A stretch of DNA of 64,000 nucleotides from Phoronis australis. Taxonomy: Eukaryota > Animalia > Phoronida. The notes below the pieces were generated by a model. The model did no database searches. It was given only the letters and a program-made list of their open reading frames with translations, and had not been told where the DNA came from. Shown here piece after piece: positions 25,101-40,100 of this stretch. Position numbers and translations under genes: made by a program. Location of the stretch: assembly GCA_002633005.1 (NCBI GenBank), contig NMRA01000173.1, forward strand, positions 87,810 through 151,809, read 5' to 3'. Within the stretch, counting starts at the first letter, position 1; each line of letters begins with the position of its first letter.

Positions 25101-28100
25101 ATAGCCACCATAGTACCTTTACTGTTAATGTCTCTTCATTTTCATGAGTTTACACTGATTACTATAGCCACCATAGTACCTTTACTGTTCATGTCTCTTC
25201 ATTTTCATGAGTTTACACTGATTACTATAGCCACCATAGTACCGTTACTGTTAATGTCTCTTCATTTTCATGAGTTTACACTGATTACTATAGCCACCAT
25301 AGTACCTTTACTGTTAATGTCTCTTCATTTTCATGAGTTTACTCTGATGATGAATTTGGCTTACGCTAAACCGTCGCGACAGGGAATTCTGGGTCATTTT
25401 GTCTGAATACTTTGGACTTGTACTGCACAAACGAGAAATAACGAGAGTGAAAATAAACCAATTTTAATTTATTACAGAGTGAGGTAGTCACATTCAACAC
25501 TCCTAAAATGACCCGATTTAATTTCAAAGGAAAGTTGTCAGCCATCTTGAAATCCAACATGGCTGGTGCAAAATGCTTCTACAGCACCTACTTGCGAGGC
25601 ATGACAGTGTTTAGTCTGAACCAGATCTTGTTGATCAAGTCCAGCACCTTCCTGGGCGTGGTGTCGTCAAGGAGACAAATCATGTTGTCCACAAGTAGAT
25701 CGGCATGACTCAGTAGGGTGGACATAGAGCCCGTGGCTAGAGTCTCTAGCTGAACCACAAGCTTGGTTGGGCACTCTCGTAGATGAAGAAACCCTGAGTA
25801 ACAAATACGTAATTAGTACACCTAAGTACAGGTGCATTTCATGGCTATAAGGTGTTGGCTTCAATTCTTGAGGCAAATGCAACAACTTTGGGCCATACAA
25901 AGGTGAAGTTAACACAAACTGTCCAATATCATCAAGATAGTATATAGGTAGTGGAACCATTCATATAGGTAGTGCAACCATTCATATAGGTAGTGCAACC
26001 ATTCATATAGGTAGTGCAACCAGTCATCAAGAAAGTAATTATAGGTAGTGAAACCATTCATATAGGTAGTGCAACCATTAATATAGGTAGTGCAACCATT
26101 CATATAGGTAGTGCAACCATTCATATAGGTAGTACAACCATTCATATAGGTAGTGCAACCATTCATATAGGGAGTGGAACCATTCATATAAGTAGTGCAA
26201 CCATTCATATAGGTAGTGGAACCATTCATACAGGTAGTGCAACCAGTCATCAAGAAAGTATATAGGTACTGGAACCTCTGATACAGGTAGTGGAACCATT
26301 CATATAGGTAGTGAAACCATTCATATTTCTGACAGCTCAAAAACCACTTGTGGTGCATATTGGAAATTACTACCAGCACACCGGAGTACACTGATCAGCA
26401 CACCAGAGTACACTGACCAGCACACCAGAGTACACTGACCAGCACACCAGAGTACACTGACCAGCACACCAGAGTACACTGACCAGCACACCAGAGTACA
26501 CTGACCAGCACACCAGAGTACACTGACCAGCACACCAGAGTACACTGACCAGCACACCACAGTACACTGACCAGCACACCAGAGTACACTGACCAGCACA
26601 CCACAGTACACTGACCAGCACACCAGAGTACACTGTTTCATGAAAGCTATTTGATTGTTAATAACAATAGCATAATGCTATCACACATAAAAGTTTACTG
26701 AAAAATGTATCTGAGTTCAAACCAACAATCAAAACTCAAGATAGGATACAGGTTTTACAAAACCAATCCCAAGGGAACACAAGGTCTGAGTACAATTAGT
26801 GTAACTTGCCATCCATCAAACTTTCAGTTGTTACTCGTATTGTGCCCCTCATGGTTGGGTGAGACTGCACTACAGCATCTTCTCTAATCCAGTCCTCCAC
26901 CAAACACAGGTTGGGGTAGAGTGTGGCTAATAACCTGAAGACGTAATATAAACTTGAAAGTGCTTTTACCATTGAATAACCAAGAAGTCGATCTGATCCA
27001 ACAACAATTAAGAGAAGACGAAACTATTAATAACAAAATCAAAAAATCAGTAAACGAATAAATATTCACACTTGACCTGTTTCACAACTGTGCGTGAGTG
27101 TTTCACTATCATAAACTAGTATCAGTGCGTGTGCATTTCACTATCATAAACTTGTACCAGTGCGTGAGTGTTTCACTAATATAACCTTGTATCAGTGTGT
27201 GTGTGTTTTACTATCATAAACTTGTATCAGTACCTGAGTGTTTCACTATCACAAACTTGTATCAGTACCTGAGTAGAGATGAGAACAAGCCCTTGTAGTT
27301 TTGTGGTTGTTTCTGTGCTTGCTCCAGAAGGAACTTGATTGGAAGCTGAGCCAACAGAGATTCTGAGTATTTCTGCACCATCCTGTTCTTCTCAGCTGAA
27401 TGTTTAGAAATAAGTCACATAGTTGAGAGTAGTAGTTCAAATGAACCAATCAAACATAAATGAAGTGAAGGTTAGACCTCAAATTCATATTAAGTCTGTT
27501 TACCAGACAGTGCAAAGAGGCTCACACAGGCGCTCAGTTAAACTTGTCATAAACCTGCATTACATAACAAAAACTAAGGTTTGATTTACACTACTCATTG
27601 TTATAAGAGTGGTCAGAAATTGTTCCTTAATCAAATTAGAGGTGACTTCTCAGCTTGAAAAACTGACAGTTTGTTAGACTAGACTTTAAAAGTTGGCAAT
27701 GAAAGAGATACTAGACTCATGTAAGACTACCTGAACTTACTTAAAGCTCTAGCAATGAAAGAGATACTAGACTCATGTAAGACTACCTGAACTTACCTAA
27801 AGCTCTAGCAATGAAAGAGATACTAGACTCAAGTAAGACTACATGAACTTACCTAAAGCTCTAGCATTGAAAGAGATACTGGCCTCATGTAAGACTACCT
27901 GAACTTACCTAAAGCTCTAGCATTGAAAGAGATACTGGCCTCATGTAAGAGGACATAGTACAACAACAAGAGATGCGGCACTATGTTCCTGTCTTCACAG
28001 CTTTTATCATCTAAAATATCAGACATTTTTAATAGCAACACAATATCAAACATTTGTCACAGAGTGACCAAACTGTCATTGCCACCTCAGGACATACACT

Positions 28101-31100
28101 TTTAAGGTGTGGCAAGGACTTGTATAGATATAAGCCAGGTGTAAGCTTCCTTATTGAAATATTGCACCAACAATGCGCACCGTATATAAAATGTTCACTT
28201 ACTTAGAGACATGGTTGGTTGTTGGCAGACGTTTCGACCTGGTCTGCCAGAACAATGCACACATCCAGATACACGCCCACACATGGGTAATAAAGATTTT
28301 CAGTATTGAATGTGCATTTTTCTGGGTTATGGTTAAAACATGCTTGTGAGTCATGAATCTTCAAATGTTGGTTATCTTCTATAAGTTCACCAAGGTTGAA
28401 CAGAATAATATGTTTGAAAACAACCTGCCACAAACACTGCACGATGTCACTGCTTACGTCATTTGCGCAGCTTTACAATCCAATGCAGCATGAGGTTTAC
28501 GAGGCAATAATATTACCCTATCAAACATCAGTATTTAAGAAATGAGAGTGCTGTGTAATATTAGTTGAAATGAGTCTCATTGTGTACAACAGGTTAAACA
28601 TGCCTTGAACACACTGAGAAATGCAATGTACCCACCACTAAACACATGCTGGTAGAAACTGCTGAAGACAGTGAGTATCTCCTGCTCAGAGATAGGCTCA
28701 TTGGTGTATTCCACTTTTGCTGTGATGCAAACCGTCGAGTTGGCATAAGCCTCAATCAAAGGGGGCAACACTGGGTGAATGGGAAGTTTACTTTGGCAGA
28801 TCTGTTGGTAGATCCAACTCTGGAACATTTACAGAAGAATTGGTGAGTTTTTACACCTTCGTAGAACTGGGAGAAGATGAACCTCAGAAAAATACCTGAG
28901 TATTTTGACAACGTGATTCCACTTAACTGGGAGAAGATGGACCTCAAAAAAGATATCAGAGTATTTTAATAATATGATTCCACTTAACTTTATCCACTCC
29001 AAAATGATGAACTTGTGAAACAAGGATTTAAAAATAATCATTTCTAGTTGTTTACATGTCAATTCAAATTTGTTCATCCTAAAGATTTAGCTGTAGGGAA
29101 GTCACTTAATTATTGTTTCGCATTATGGAGTTAGTATGGTGGAACAACATTCTTTCTGAACCACAAGAATTTTAATCCTAATGCAAAATTTTAGAACAGT
29201 CTAAATTTGGTACGATATTAAAGTTAGTTCATTTAAAAAGACGGGGCTAGCAAACGAACCAAAGTTTGTCCTATTACGTAAGCACAATGCAAAAGTTTTG
29301 GCCTGGACTATTTTGCTCAACCATACTAACTTATCTCTTCACTTCACGCAAGAGTGGAGTTCTTCCTGCCTGGGTATTAGCCTGGCTATTGATATCACTG
29401 ACATCACTGATATCACTGATATTGTCTGTCAAAAAGCCGATTTGTCATGATTTGGAAGTCACGTGCAACGGTGAGTGATGCATTGGCTGTAGTGTTTTGT
29501 TTCATGACGCCAACAGACTTACTCGTTCCCGAGTTGTCCAACAATGTACGCTGAGACACAGGAGATAATTCTAAAGGAGTGTGCAGTAACCCAAGTGTCT
29601 TGCTAAAAAACCAAGATTTTGCAGGTTATTTCGCCGCACGTTTTCAATGGATCACGTGATTTGAGATGAATTTCTCGTCGCAAGTTAGTAACTAAATGCT
29701 CCCCATAAATATCGAGTGACAAATCTCCGGTTTTGTCATTAATAACACGCACTCCCCAACTGAACTGATACTGCTTATTAAATGAAAAATTACATTCAAA
29801 CGTTATCTCCCGAAGATAAGACATAATGTTGGGATGTAAATAGCCCGCCGTTGAACCTGCAGTTGCAAATTTTGCCTGCGAGGTTAGACATCTGCCCTCT
29901 CTCTTGGCGAGCGAGCGGGCGGCTGGCTAATACTCTGCTTCACACCATTTCTCACACTCTCCACGTTGTTGTTTCTGTCTACTCGCTGTTCACTGTACAA
30001 GTCTCAAAACAACAATAGAATTTACAATTGGTTGTCGGATCCCTATTGCAACACAACATAGTGACCTCTTGTGTTTAGTGCGATGAAGTTAGGACGGTGG
30101 AATGTTGGTCCAGTCTAGTGAGAAAAGTGACAATTTGGTATGGTACGGTATGGTATGGTATGGTATGGTATGGTGTGGTATGGTACGTTATCACGCTGAT
30201 CTAAAATATGTTACGACCACAAACTAGTCTGGACTAACTCTAATGCCAAAGCAGCTTTATACAATAACAAGAGAGTTGACTTAAGACTAATTATATTACT
30301 AACAGTATGATATTATGATTATTTGGTCCAATAATTTCACTAACACATCTTAGAATATGAGTTATCATTACTTGGTCGAATTTGATTTGCTCTGATATTA
30401 AGAAATGGTAAACTGCTCGATTAAAGTTAAACGTGAAAATCACCAATTGCTATCTATGGATTATTAACTATTTAAGAAAACAAAACTTCAAGTGAAGACA
30501 TAATTCCAAGCATTATTTAGCACAAAGGAAGACACACCTTAATGGAGACTTTGTAGCGAGAGAAGGCTCTTGTCTTCAACAGCTGGTGGATACAGTGTGC
30601 GGGTAGATAGCCAGGAATATTACTGTTGAGCCCTGTAGTAACGGGCACTTTAACAGCATACGATGTGATCACCTGCAATAATGGACTGATGCGAATGCAA
30701 AGAACAGGCACAATGTATTGTATCATACAAGCCTACTACTTCGTACAATAACAATTTTTAAGAAATAATGGCAAAAATATCAAACTTTTGAATCAGCTAT
30801 ATTTCACACAGGAAACATGGCATGCATCAAACAGTACAGAGAATCACCTTATTATGATCAAGCATGCGCCAGATAACACAGAGAATTATCTTATTATAGT
30901 GATTTATTGAAATATATAATATACATAAGGCCAAAGGCCCAAAGTATAACATGTACAAGACAGAACATTGTCAGGTGCGTTACAAACTGGATAATAAATT
31001 GTGAAACTTGGACAAATTTTAGAAGAAGGATATCCAGATTTCTCATGAGAGATTCAAATTTAGATGTCGTGGGAGAAAAACATCACTTAAGTACTTAACC

Positions 31101-34100
31101 CGAAGGTCTTGATACGTAATGCAAACTAACACAACATGGTATTCGTCCTCTACACACCCAGAATTACATAACTCACACAACCTATTTTCATGGGGAATAT
31201 TTGTGTGGCGACCTCTTTCCACAAGTAACGAATGATTTGAACATCACAATAGAGTCAGAGACTGGATAAAACCACATGGGATACTATTTCTAGATAATTC
31301 TCAAGACAATAAATTGTTTTATACCTCACATAGTAAGGCAGTTTTGCGTTACATTTGATATCAGATTGCCAGCCCTGCAAATAACGGTCGTTGACAGGTT
31401 GAGAAAAAACTGTCAAGAAATACGCTTGGTTTACCGCACCCTGATTAATCCATACATCTGAAAAACCATACACAGACAGAAGTTTCTCTACAAAACTTGC
31501 CCAATTATAAGAAGATCTTACGATCAGGTCTGACTGAAAAAGCATATCATATGCAGTCTTTACCCCATGAATACCAGGCATCTCCAGTATTTTGAACCAG
31601 GATACGAAATATTTTAATTAGTAAACAATGGGAATCGACCACATTCTCCCATAATTGCCGAGTTTGAACAACTGCCTACTCCTAAAATGCGTTTACAAAA
31701 CTATATAATATGTACATTTTTCAATTGTTCATATTCCTTAAAGCCCCATATCTCAGCACCGTAACACAGAGAGGGTTAAATCATTTTATCGAACAGGTGA
31801 AAGGCTATTGACGGAGATAGATCACAACATCTTCGCTTTAATTTACAAATTGCAGAGGCAGCTTTATTTGCTTGACTAGACAAGGCTTTAATGGCTTTGG
31901 TCCACAAAACTTTTGGAGTAATAAGTAGTGCAAGGTATTTGTAGTGAGGCACCACATCAACCAAAATTCCATTGTAAAACCATTTCTCATATCGTCTAAG
32001 GGGACCGTCATTTCTGAAAACGACCACTTTAGTTTTCTTGTTGTTTACTTGCATGTCCCATGATTCGCAAAATTCTGCAAAACCATTTAGCATACATTCA
32101 AGTTGATGGCGGTAGAGGAACATAACACCATGTCGTCTGCGTACAGCAGGGAGTTGATTCTTGGCACTTGTTCGCTGAGATATGTGCTACTAATATTACT
32201 TTTCGCACTCAGTTGATCTAGAAATTCATTTAGATACAACACAAATAATAATGGGCTGATTATGCTACCCTGGCAAGCGCCAACAGTACAATCAAAGAAC
32301 TCTGTAAGACCATCTTGAATTTTCACACAAGTGCGCACTTTACTATACAAAGAGTGGATTATGTTGAAAATTTTACCAATTTTTATGCACATCAATGTTT
32401 TTTAATCTATGGAGGAGTAAATTATGGGGGATTCGATCGAATGCCTTCGAGAACTCTACAAAGGCACAGTAAAATCTCCCACCCTGCCGACTCAAATACT
32501 TGTGTCACATAGCTTGAAGTGTAAACACTTGGTCAATCGTAGAATAGCCTTTTCTAAACCCAGCTTGAGACTCATAAAGTTTATCATTATTTTCAGCCCA
32601 GTAACAAAGATAATTTTTTAAAACTTTGGTAAAAAGTTTTCCCAAGCAGACAACAGGGAAATACCTCTGTAGTTATTTTCATCATTGATATTACCTTGTT
32701 TATGTGCTGGAGTAAGCACTGAGACGCACCAAGTCTGGGGATAATACCCAGAATCAAAAATTGCATTCAATAACTTATGCAAAACTAGCACAATCGTTAC
32801 CTCAGTGCATTTCAGCATTTCAAAAATCACCCCATCATAACCCCCAGCCTTGCCATTAGGCAATTGTTCAATGGCCTCATATTTCGGAAGGCAAAAACTC
32901 AGTATTAAGATCAGATAGGTAATTGTTAGTACATGTTTCACAGTTCAATCATTTCCTGAGTGTCAAATTCACTCAAACACTCATCAATAGAGCAGTTTTG
33001 GTTCAATAAATCCTTGAAATAGCCGTGCCATTTCTGCAGACTAATTGTAGAAGATATATGGGTTGTCCGAATATTGGATTTAATTAATATTTACCAGATC
33101 TCCTTAGAGTTATTTTTGGAACGTTTAATGGCTTCAATAAGTCGAGCTTCATTTCCTTTCTCTTTCTGTTTAAACAGATCATGGAAAGCCTTCTTTGTCA
33201 CTTTATACTCGTTAATATAAAAGACAGAAGAGTTTTTATGAAACATTTTTAAAGACCATATTGCTCGTTTGGCTAAAGCCAATTCATCATCCCACCAGGG
33301 TGCCTGCTTTGTCGCCGAGTTCTGATTTACTTTAGTCTGACTATTAGCATATGTACGATTTTTCATGGTTGATACGGCTGACTGCCACAGCAAATCTGTA
33401 ATGGATCTGACCACATTATCTAGATTGCCACTAGCCACCCAGATATCCATGGCCACCGCACAATTCTCAGCGCCGCTTGAAAAAACCCGAGAAACTACCT
33501 GTGCATTAGAGCTCTCCCACCGAATCCGGCTATGCGAGTGTAACAGTGGAATCACAGGATTGATCTCTGACCTGTAACACCTAACCTTACAAATAACTGG
33601 TAAATGATCAGATTCATCTCATTCACCCACAACAAAATCCTCTACTAAATAAAATAGTTGTGTAGACAATAACACGTTATCCACAATTCTTCACAACAAA
33701 TATAAAGCAAAATCATGCACTTACAATCGTTATTTAGTTGATCACAGGAAAATTTCCTGACTTGAAGTTTACAGTTAATTCTTTGTGATATTAGTCCCAA
33801 GATAATGTTTGAAGAACAAAAATATAACAAACCTGCTCTGTGAAAACTTCCTGAGTAAATATACTTTTCACCTTGGCCAATGCATTCGACTTTACTGCAC
33901 TCTGAAATGACATGATGATTCATTCTTTCACTAACAACTTGCTAGTATTCACTTGTGTACAATTTGTTAGTATTCAGTTGTGTACAACTTGTTAGTATTC
34001 ATTTGTGTACAACTTGTTAGTATTCACTTGTGTACAACTTGTTAGTATTCACTTGGGTACAACTTGTTAGTATTCATTTGTGTACAACTTATTAGTATTC

Positions 34101-37100
34101 AGTTGTGTACAACTTGCTAGTATTCACTTGGGTACAACTTGCTAGTATTTTACTTGTGTACAACTTGTTAGTATTCAGTTGTGTACAACTTGTTAGTATT
34201 CACTTGTGTACAACTTGTTAGTATTCACTTGCGTACAACTTATTAGTATTTACTCATGTACAACTTGCTAGTTATTCACTCGTGTACAAACATCTTCATA
34301 TGACTCAATAATGGTTATCAGCAACTATATTAAACAGAGTTAATGACTGATTGGATCGATGTATTCTGCAATTTTGAGGATATACGCCAATGAGAAACGT
34401 AACGAAGGAAGCTGATAACTGATAATGCAAAAGGAGAGTAAGATTTCTAGAAGCACAACGCCTCATAATTTTGGCACCAGCCAAAATAAGCATTTATTTG
34501 AATATTGAACTTGCCTGTACACAGAACGTGTTCAACTACAGCAATGCTGAGCATACCCGGCCACTCACCATAGGACCAAGATCACCCATACCAGACCTCT
34601 CACTGTAGGACCAAGACTACAACTACCAAACAACTCACTGTAGGACCAAGACTACCCATACCAAGCCACTCACTGTAGGACCAAGATCACCCATACCAGA
34701 CCACTCACTGTAGGACCAAGACTACAACTACCAGACAACTCCCCGTAGGACCAAGATTACCTATACCAGGCCACTCACTGTAGGATCAAGACTACCTATA
34801 TCAGACCACTCACTGTAGGATCAAGACTACCTATACCAGACCACTCACTGTAGGACCAAGACTACAACTACCAGACAACTCCCCGTAGGACCAAGATTAC
34901 CTATACCAGGCCACTCACTGTAGGATCAAGACTACCTATATCAGACCACTCACTGTAGGATCAAGACTACCTATACCAGACCACTCACTGTAGGACCAAG
35001 ACTACAACTACCAGACAACTCCCCGTAGGACCAAGATTACCTATACCAGGCCACTCACTGTAGGATCAAGACTACCTATACCAGACCACTCACTGTAGGA
35101 CCAAGACTACCTATACCAGACCACTCACTGTAGGACCAAGACTACCTATACCAGACCACTCACTGTAGGACCAAGACTACCCATACCAGACCACTCATGT
35201 AGGACCAAGACTACCCATACCAGACCACTCATGTAGGACCAAGATCACCCATACCAGGCCACTCACCAAAGGACCAAGATCACCCATACTACATCACCCA
35301 CCATAAGACCAAGATGACCATGATCAGACAAGGGTATACACAACAACCATGATGAGATGAGAGGAATATTGGCGGTCATCCTGCATTAACACTGTTTGAT
35401 TTGTGTAAATTTACCTTCATTCCCAGCACAGAGCAGACCAGATCTCCAATAGCATGTGTGTGGTGACTATGGAAATGGATAGCTATGAGCACAAGTAGCT
35501 CAATGTAAGATGATGACTTCCCTATGCTTCTGAAATAGACAAAATGTATTCTAGTTGTACACTCACCCTAAATATATTACCAAATTACAGCGTGACGACA
35601 ACAAAGAAGTATTGTATGAAAGATCACAGCTTTAAATCTCCACTTGTGTTATGGGCAAACTGAAGATAGCTCTAAATGTTGGGCTACCTAATCGAGTTTA
35701 TTTCAAGAGTTCATTAAATCAGTATGATAACTCAAACTCAACTGGATATTATACTTGTGTTGTTAACAGATGCACTTTTGGAGCAACTCGGTTTTTGAAC
35801 ACTCAATGTTGCTTTGTTTTCCCCAATAGTGGGAATGACATTGCCCAATACAATGATTGAGATAATAGTAAGCACAAGAAGAGTGAGATCCCTCACACTG
35901 TGGCAACCTGCAGGCAGAGATATTTCACACTGTGGCAACGCGCACACTGAGATCCTTCACACTGCGTGCAGGCAGAGATACCTCACACTGAGGCCACCTG
36001 CAGGCAGAGATACCTCACACTGTGGCAACCTGCAAGCAGAGATACCTCACACTGTTGCAACCTCATAGAATCATGGAAGTTACAAAAAGGCAAAAAATAA
36101 GCATTGTCTTTCTTGCTTACTTATCAAAGACAGCTTCTTCTTGTAAAATCCATCTTATCCAGTCAATGATCACTTTTTCTTGTTCTTGAGATCTAGGAAT
36201 GACATAAAATGACATTACAAGTACATATAAGGTTACAACACTCCAACAATTTTCAATACTTGTCACACCCCACCTCCCTCTTAAGTTGAGCATGACTCTG
36301 AAATCTTGTACTCTCTTATTAACAGAAATAATTTCATCAATGTTATCAACTGAAAGTCACCCCCAACAGAAAAATTAACACTGCAGTTTCCAAAAATAAA
36401 TTTAGACATTCTAGTAAAACTCACGAGACATGCACTCTGTTACAAGCCAACAAAACTATTTTGCTATAAAAAACAGGCGGTTGTAAAATTGCTATCAAAA
36501 TGAAATGAATATAAGCCAATGAAACACACCCCAGTACGTGTGGACAGGCAATTAGCATGCAGATAGCCAGAGACACAAAGCGAGCTCCCGCAGCTGTGGC
36601 TGGTGGACGGCTGGTCAATAAACGCAGTAATTCGTTGACCTCCTCCTCACAAAACCTGTAAGATAGAAATACAGGACGAACATTACCTTCTAGACCTCAC
36701 AGTAATACAGGACAAACATTACCTCCTAGACCTCACACTAATACAGGACAAACATTACCTCCTAGACCTCACAGTAATACAGGACAAACATTACCTCCTA
36801 GACCTCACAGTAATACAGTGTGGAATATCAGTTCAATAATTTCCTTCTGAAACTGCAGGAATGAAATACAGGATCAAACACATAATAAATCTACTAACAG
36901 TTTTAAAACAAGAGCAACATGGAGTGTTGAAATCCACCCACGAATGCACTGCAAACGGTGTTTCTAGGGGTGCTTATTTGTACCACAACGTTTCTTTAAT
37001 TGAAAGATATTTACCAAATTTCATAAAAATCTGTAAAGGAACTTCAAAGAAAAAAGGATAACGGAAAAAAATGAAAGTGCCACAAGGGGGCACAGCTTTC

Positions 37101-40100
37101 GTCGGATCCGCCTGAAAGTCGTCGTCATTGATAACTTCATATAAATACACTTACTAAATTTAATAAAACCTGCGGTCTGTTTAGAAGATACAGCTTTGGA
37201 TGCACAACAAAACAAAACTGCCACTAGGTGTCGCCACCATAGTCATAACCGTCAACTTTCCTCTAAACACTGAGAACATATACGCCAATTTTCACAACCA
37301 TCCTTAGAATGGTTTGGTTGATACAGGGGCGGAGGCCAAGAAACAGACTTGAAAACGGCAAAAATGGGTACTAGGTGGTGCAAAGTATCTCAATTCCATC
37401 TGAAAACAAGTAGATAGCATCATCTCACCAATAGATGCCTATACTCCAAATTTTATGAAAATCCATTGAAGACCTTTGAAGATACAGACGCAAACAAAAA
37501 TAATTAAAATTGAAACTAGGGTGCACATTGGTGGTCAGATCCCTCCAAAAGTCATCGTCGTCCATTGTCAACTTCTTGCTAAATTTTGTAAAGATCCTGC
37601 AGAGCGTTTAGGAGATACAGCCATGGGTACAAAACACTGCCGCAAGCAGGCGCCACAGAAGTCGAAGTTGTCGGATAATCATTGTCAGCCACCCTTTTTA
37701 TATTTATAGTAAGAACATCCATGCCAATTTTAACAATCATCCTTAGAGCGGCTTGGTTGATAGAGGGGCGGATGCCTAAAATAGTCTCGAAAACAGTGAA
37801 AATGGCCACTAGGTGGGGCAAAATACCTTGAATTCATCTGAAAACAGGAGGATTGGGTCGTCTCATAAATAGATGCCAAAATGCCAAATTTCATGAATAA
37901 CCATTGACGACCTTAAAAGATACAGAGGTAAATGTAGAAAAACAAAATTGCCACCAGGGGCACACCAATTGTTGGATCCATTTCAAAGTTCGCTCATGCT
38001 GTCACATCCATAAAAGGAACACATGTGCGAAATTTCATGAACATGCCTCAAAATGTTTTGGAGATAGAGCAGCAGATGGCGAACGGGGATGACAGCATAA
38101 TGCGTCCACATATAAATATTTGGGCGCATAAGAATGCCGCAATTCAAGACTCCCCTCCACAGTTTTGGTGAAAACAAGGACCAGTCTAAATACCCAGTGA
38201 ATATCAGACAGAGGTAGTGATGCCCCCTCATGAACAGCCCCACTATAAATTTAACATACCCCCTGAGACTGTCAGAGTACACATTCACAGACAGGGTACT
38301 AACATAGTGACGCACCTTTGGAAACAGATACTGAAATTACTATTATCATCATCCTTTACCATTAATATTATAATGTTGTTGTTGTTGTTGTAGTTGGTGT
38401 TGTTGTTGTCGTAAATATTGAGTTACCGAAGTTTATTACTGTCTCATGTACATGAAGTTGATAAGTAAATTCCATGGTAGATTTAATTAGGTCCACACAA
38501 ATTTCCAAAAAAACTGGTGGTATGGGAAGTACACAGAGTAAGATATTGTTGACAGGCAATGTATGAAATCATGAGTGAGTTACATGTCTTAAAAACTGGT
38601 TACAAGCTAATAGTTTTTATTGAAATTAACACTGAGCAAAATATTAACATACAAAAATGACGAAGACGACAACCTTGACAATGATGCTATATTCGTTGAT
38701 ATAGTTTACTCACTACACAACTCATAGTAATATATTTGTAAGATAGAGTCAGACAAATAATTACATTTAGTTGACTATTGAAAAACACTTACTTGAGAGA
38801 GGCAACACCTTTCAATGCGCAATACAGCCTTACAAATGTGCACGCCCTTACAACATTACTTTCTGGCAAGTAGTTAGCGCCCTCTGGTATCAACTGGTGA
38901 AGTTCATTCATCAATGCTGCTCGCAGGTTTGGTAACATTTTCAATGAGTCATACTTTTTCTGCAACAAAATTATAAAAAGATTATTTAAAAGGTATTTTA
39001 ACCTCGTGACAATTTATGGAAACATGGTTAAATGTCACTATCAACAAAACTTGAATACTCTGTGTTCCTGTCGTATTATATTGTACCGAGTCTTTTATAA
39101 TACTCTTTGTTCCTGTCGTATTATATTGTACCAAGTCTTTTATAATACTCTGTGTTCCTGTCGTATTATATTGTACCAAGTCTTTTATAATACTCTGTGT
39201 TCCTGTCGTATTATATTGTACCAAGTCTTTTATAATACTCTGTGTTCCTGTCGTATTATATTGTACCAAGTCTTTTATAATACTTTGTGTTCCTGTCGTA
39301 TTATATTGTACCAAGTCTTTTATAATACTCTGTGTTCCTGTCGTATTATATTGTACCAAGCCTTTTATAATGGCTATCAAAAAACAGTTAGCGAAATTCA
39401 AAAAGTAATTTCAGACAGAATAAAAGCCAACACAATCACCTTTTGTCCATTTTTAATGAACTGAGAAAACCACTCCTTCACATTCCCATCATTGCTTAAC
39501 AACAAGCCACTGACAAAAGGTGCCAGATCTGAGGTCTGAGTGCCACCATTTAGAGTCAGAGCTACAGCCAGGGCAGGCAGCTTGCAATACTCCACCTGAA
39601 GGAGAATGTAAAAATATTAGGGCTGCTTTCACCTCAGGCAAATAAGACCTTCACACTTCCAAAATAAGAACAACCACATTTTACTATGAAACTGAAACAG
39701 TGATCAAGAGAACACATAAACATGGGTATGTAAGACTTTGAACACATGTTAATCAAGAAATACCAGGAGGAATGAACAGTTAAGTTTATCAAAACATTGA
39801 GGACGCTTTACACTAGACCTTGACCTTGTACAATTCAGCTAATGACCAACATAGAAAGGCCAACAAGAATGAACTCAAGACACGCTATAACTAATCCCGT
39901 ATGGTGACCAGCCTTTGTGTATAAACATTACGCTTCCTGTTTTATTCTGAGCACAGTTTGTTTGATTTTACTTTTTACATCTGGGTCTATGTGCGTCTCA
40001 CCGTGAATTCATACTTCACGTGAATAAAATAAATTGAAGTTTTAGTAAATTCTCCACAATCACAGCATCCCAGCAGTAGCAAATGTGTTGATAATTGAGC

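Noticed and set aside
20949-26641. Overlapping Cys/His/Tyr-rich ORFs
   Set aside because: Translations of 17-, 21- and 22-bp minisatellites inside INTS2 introns.
28215-28260. Possible hammerhead ribozyme (GAAAC-containing hairpin)
   Set aside because: No correctly placed CUGANGA core.
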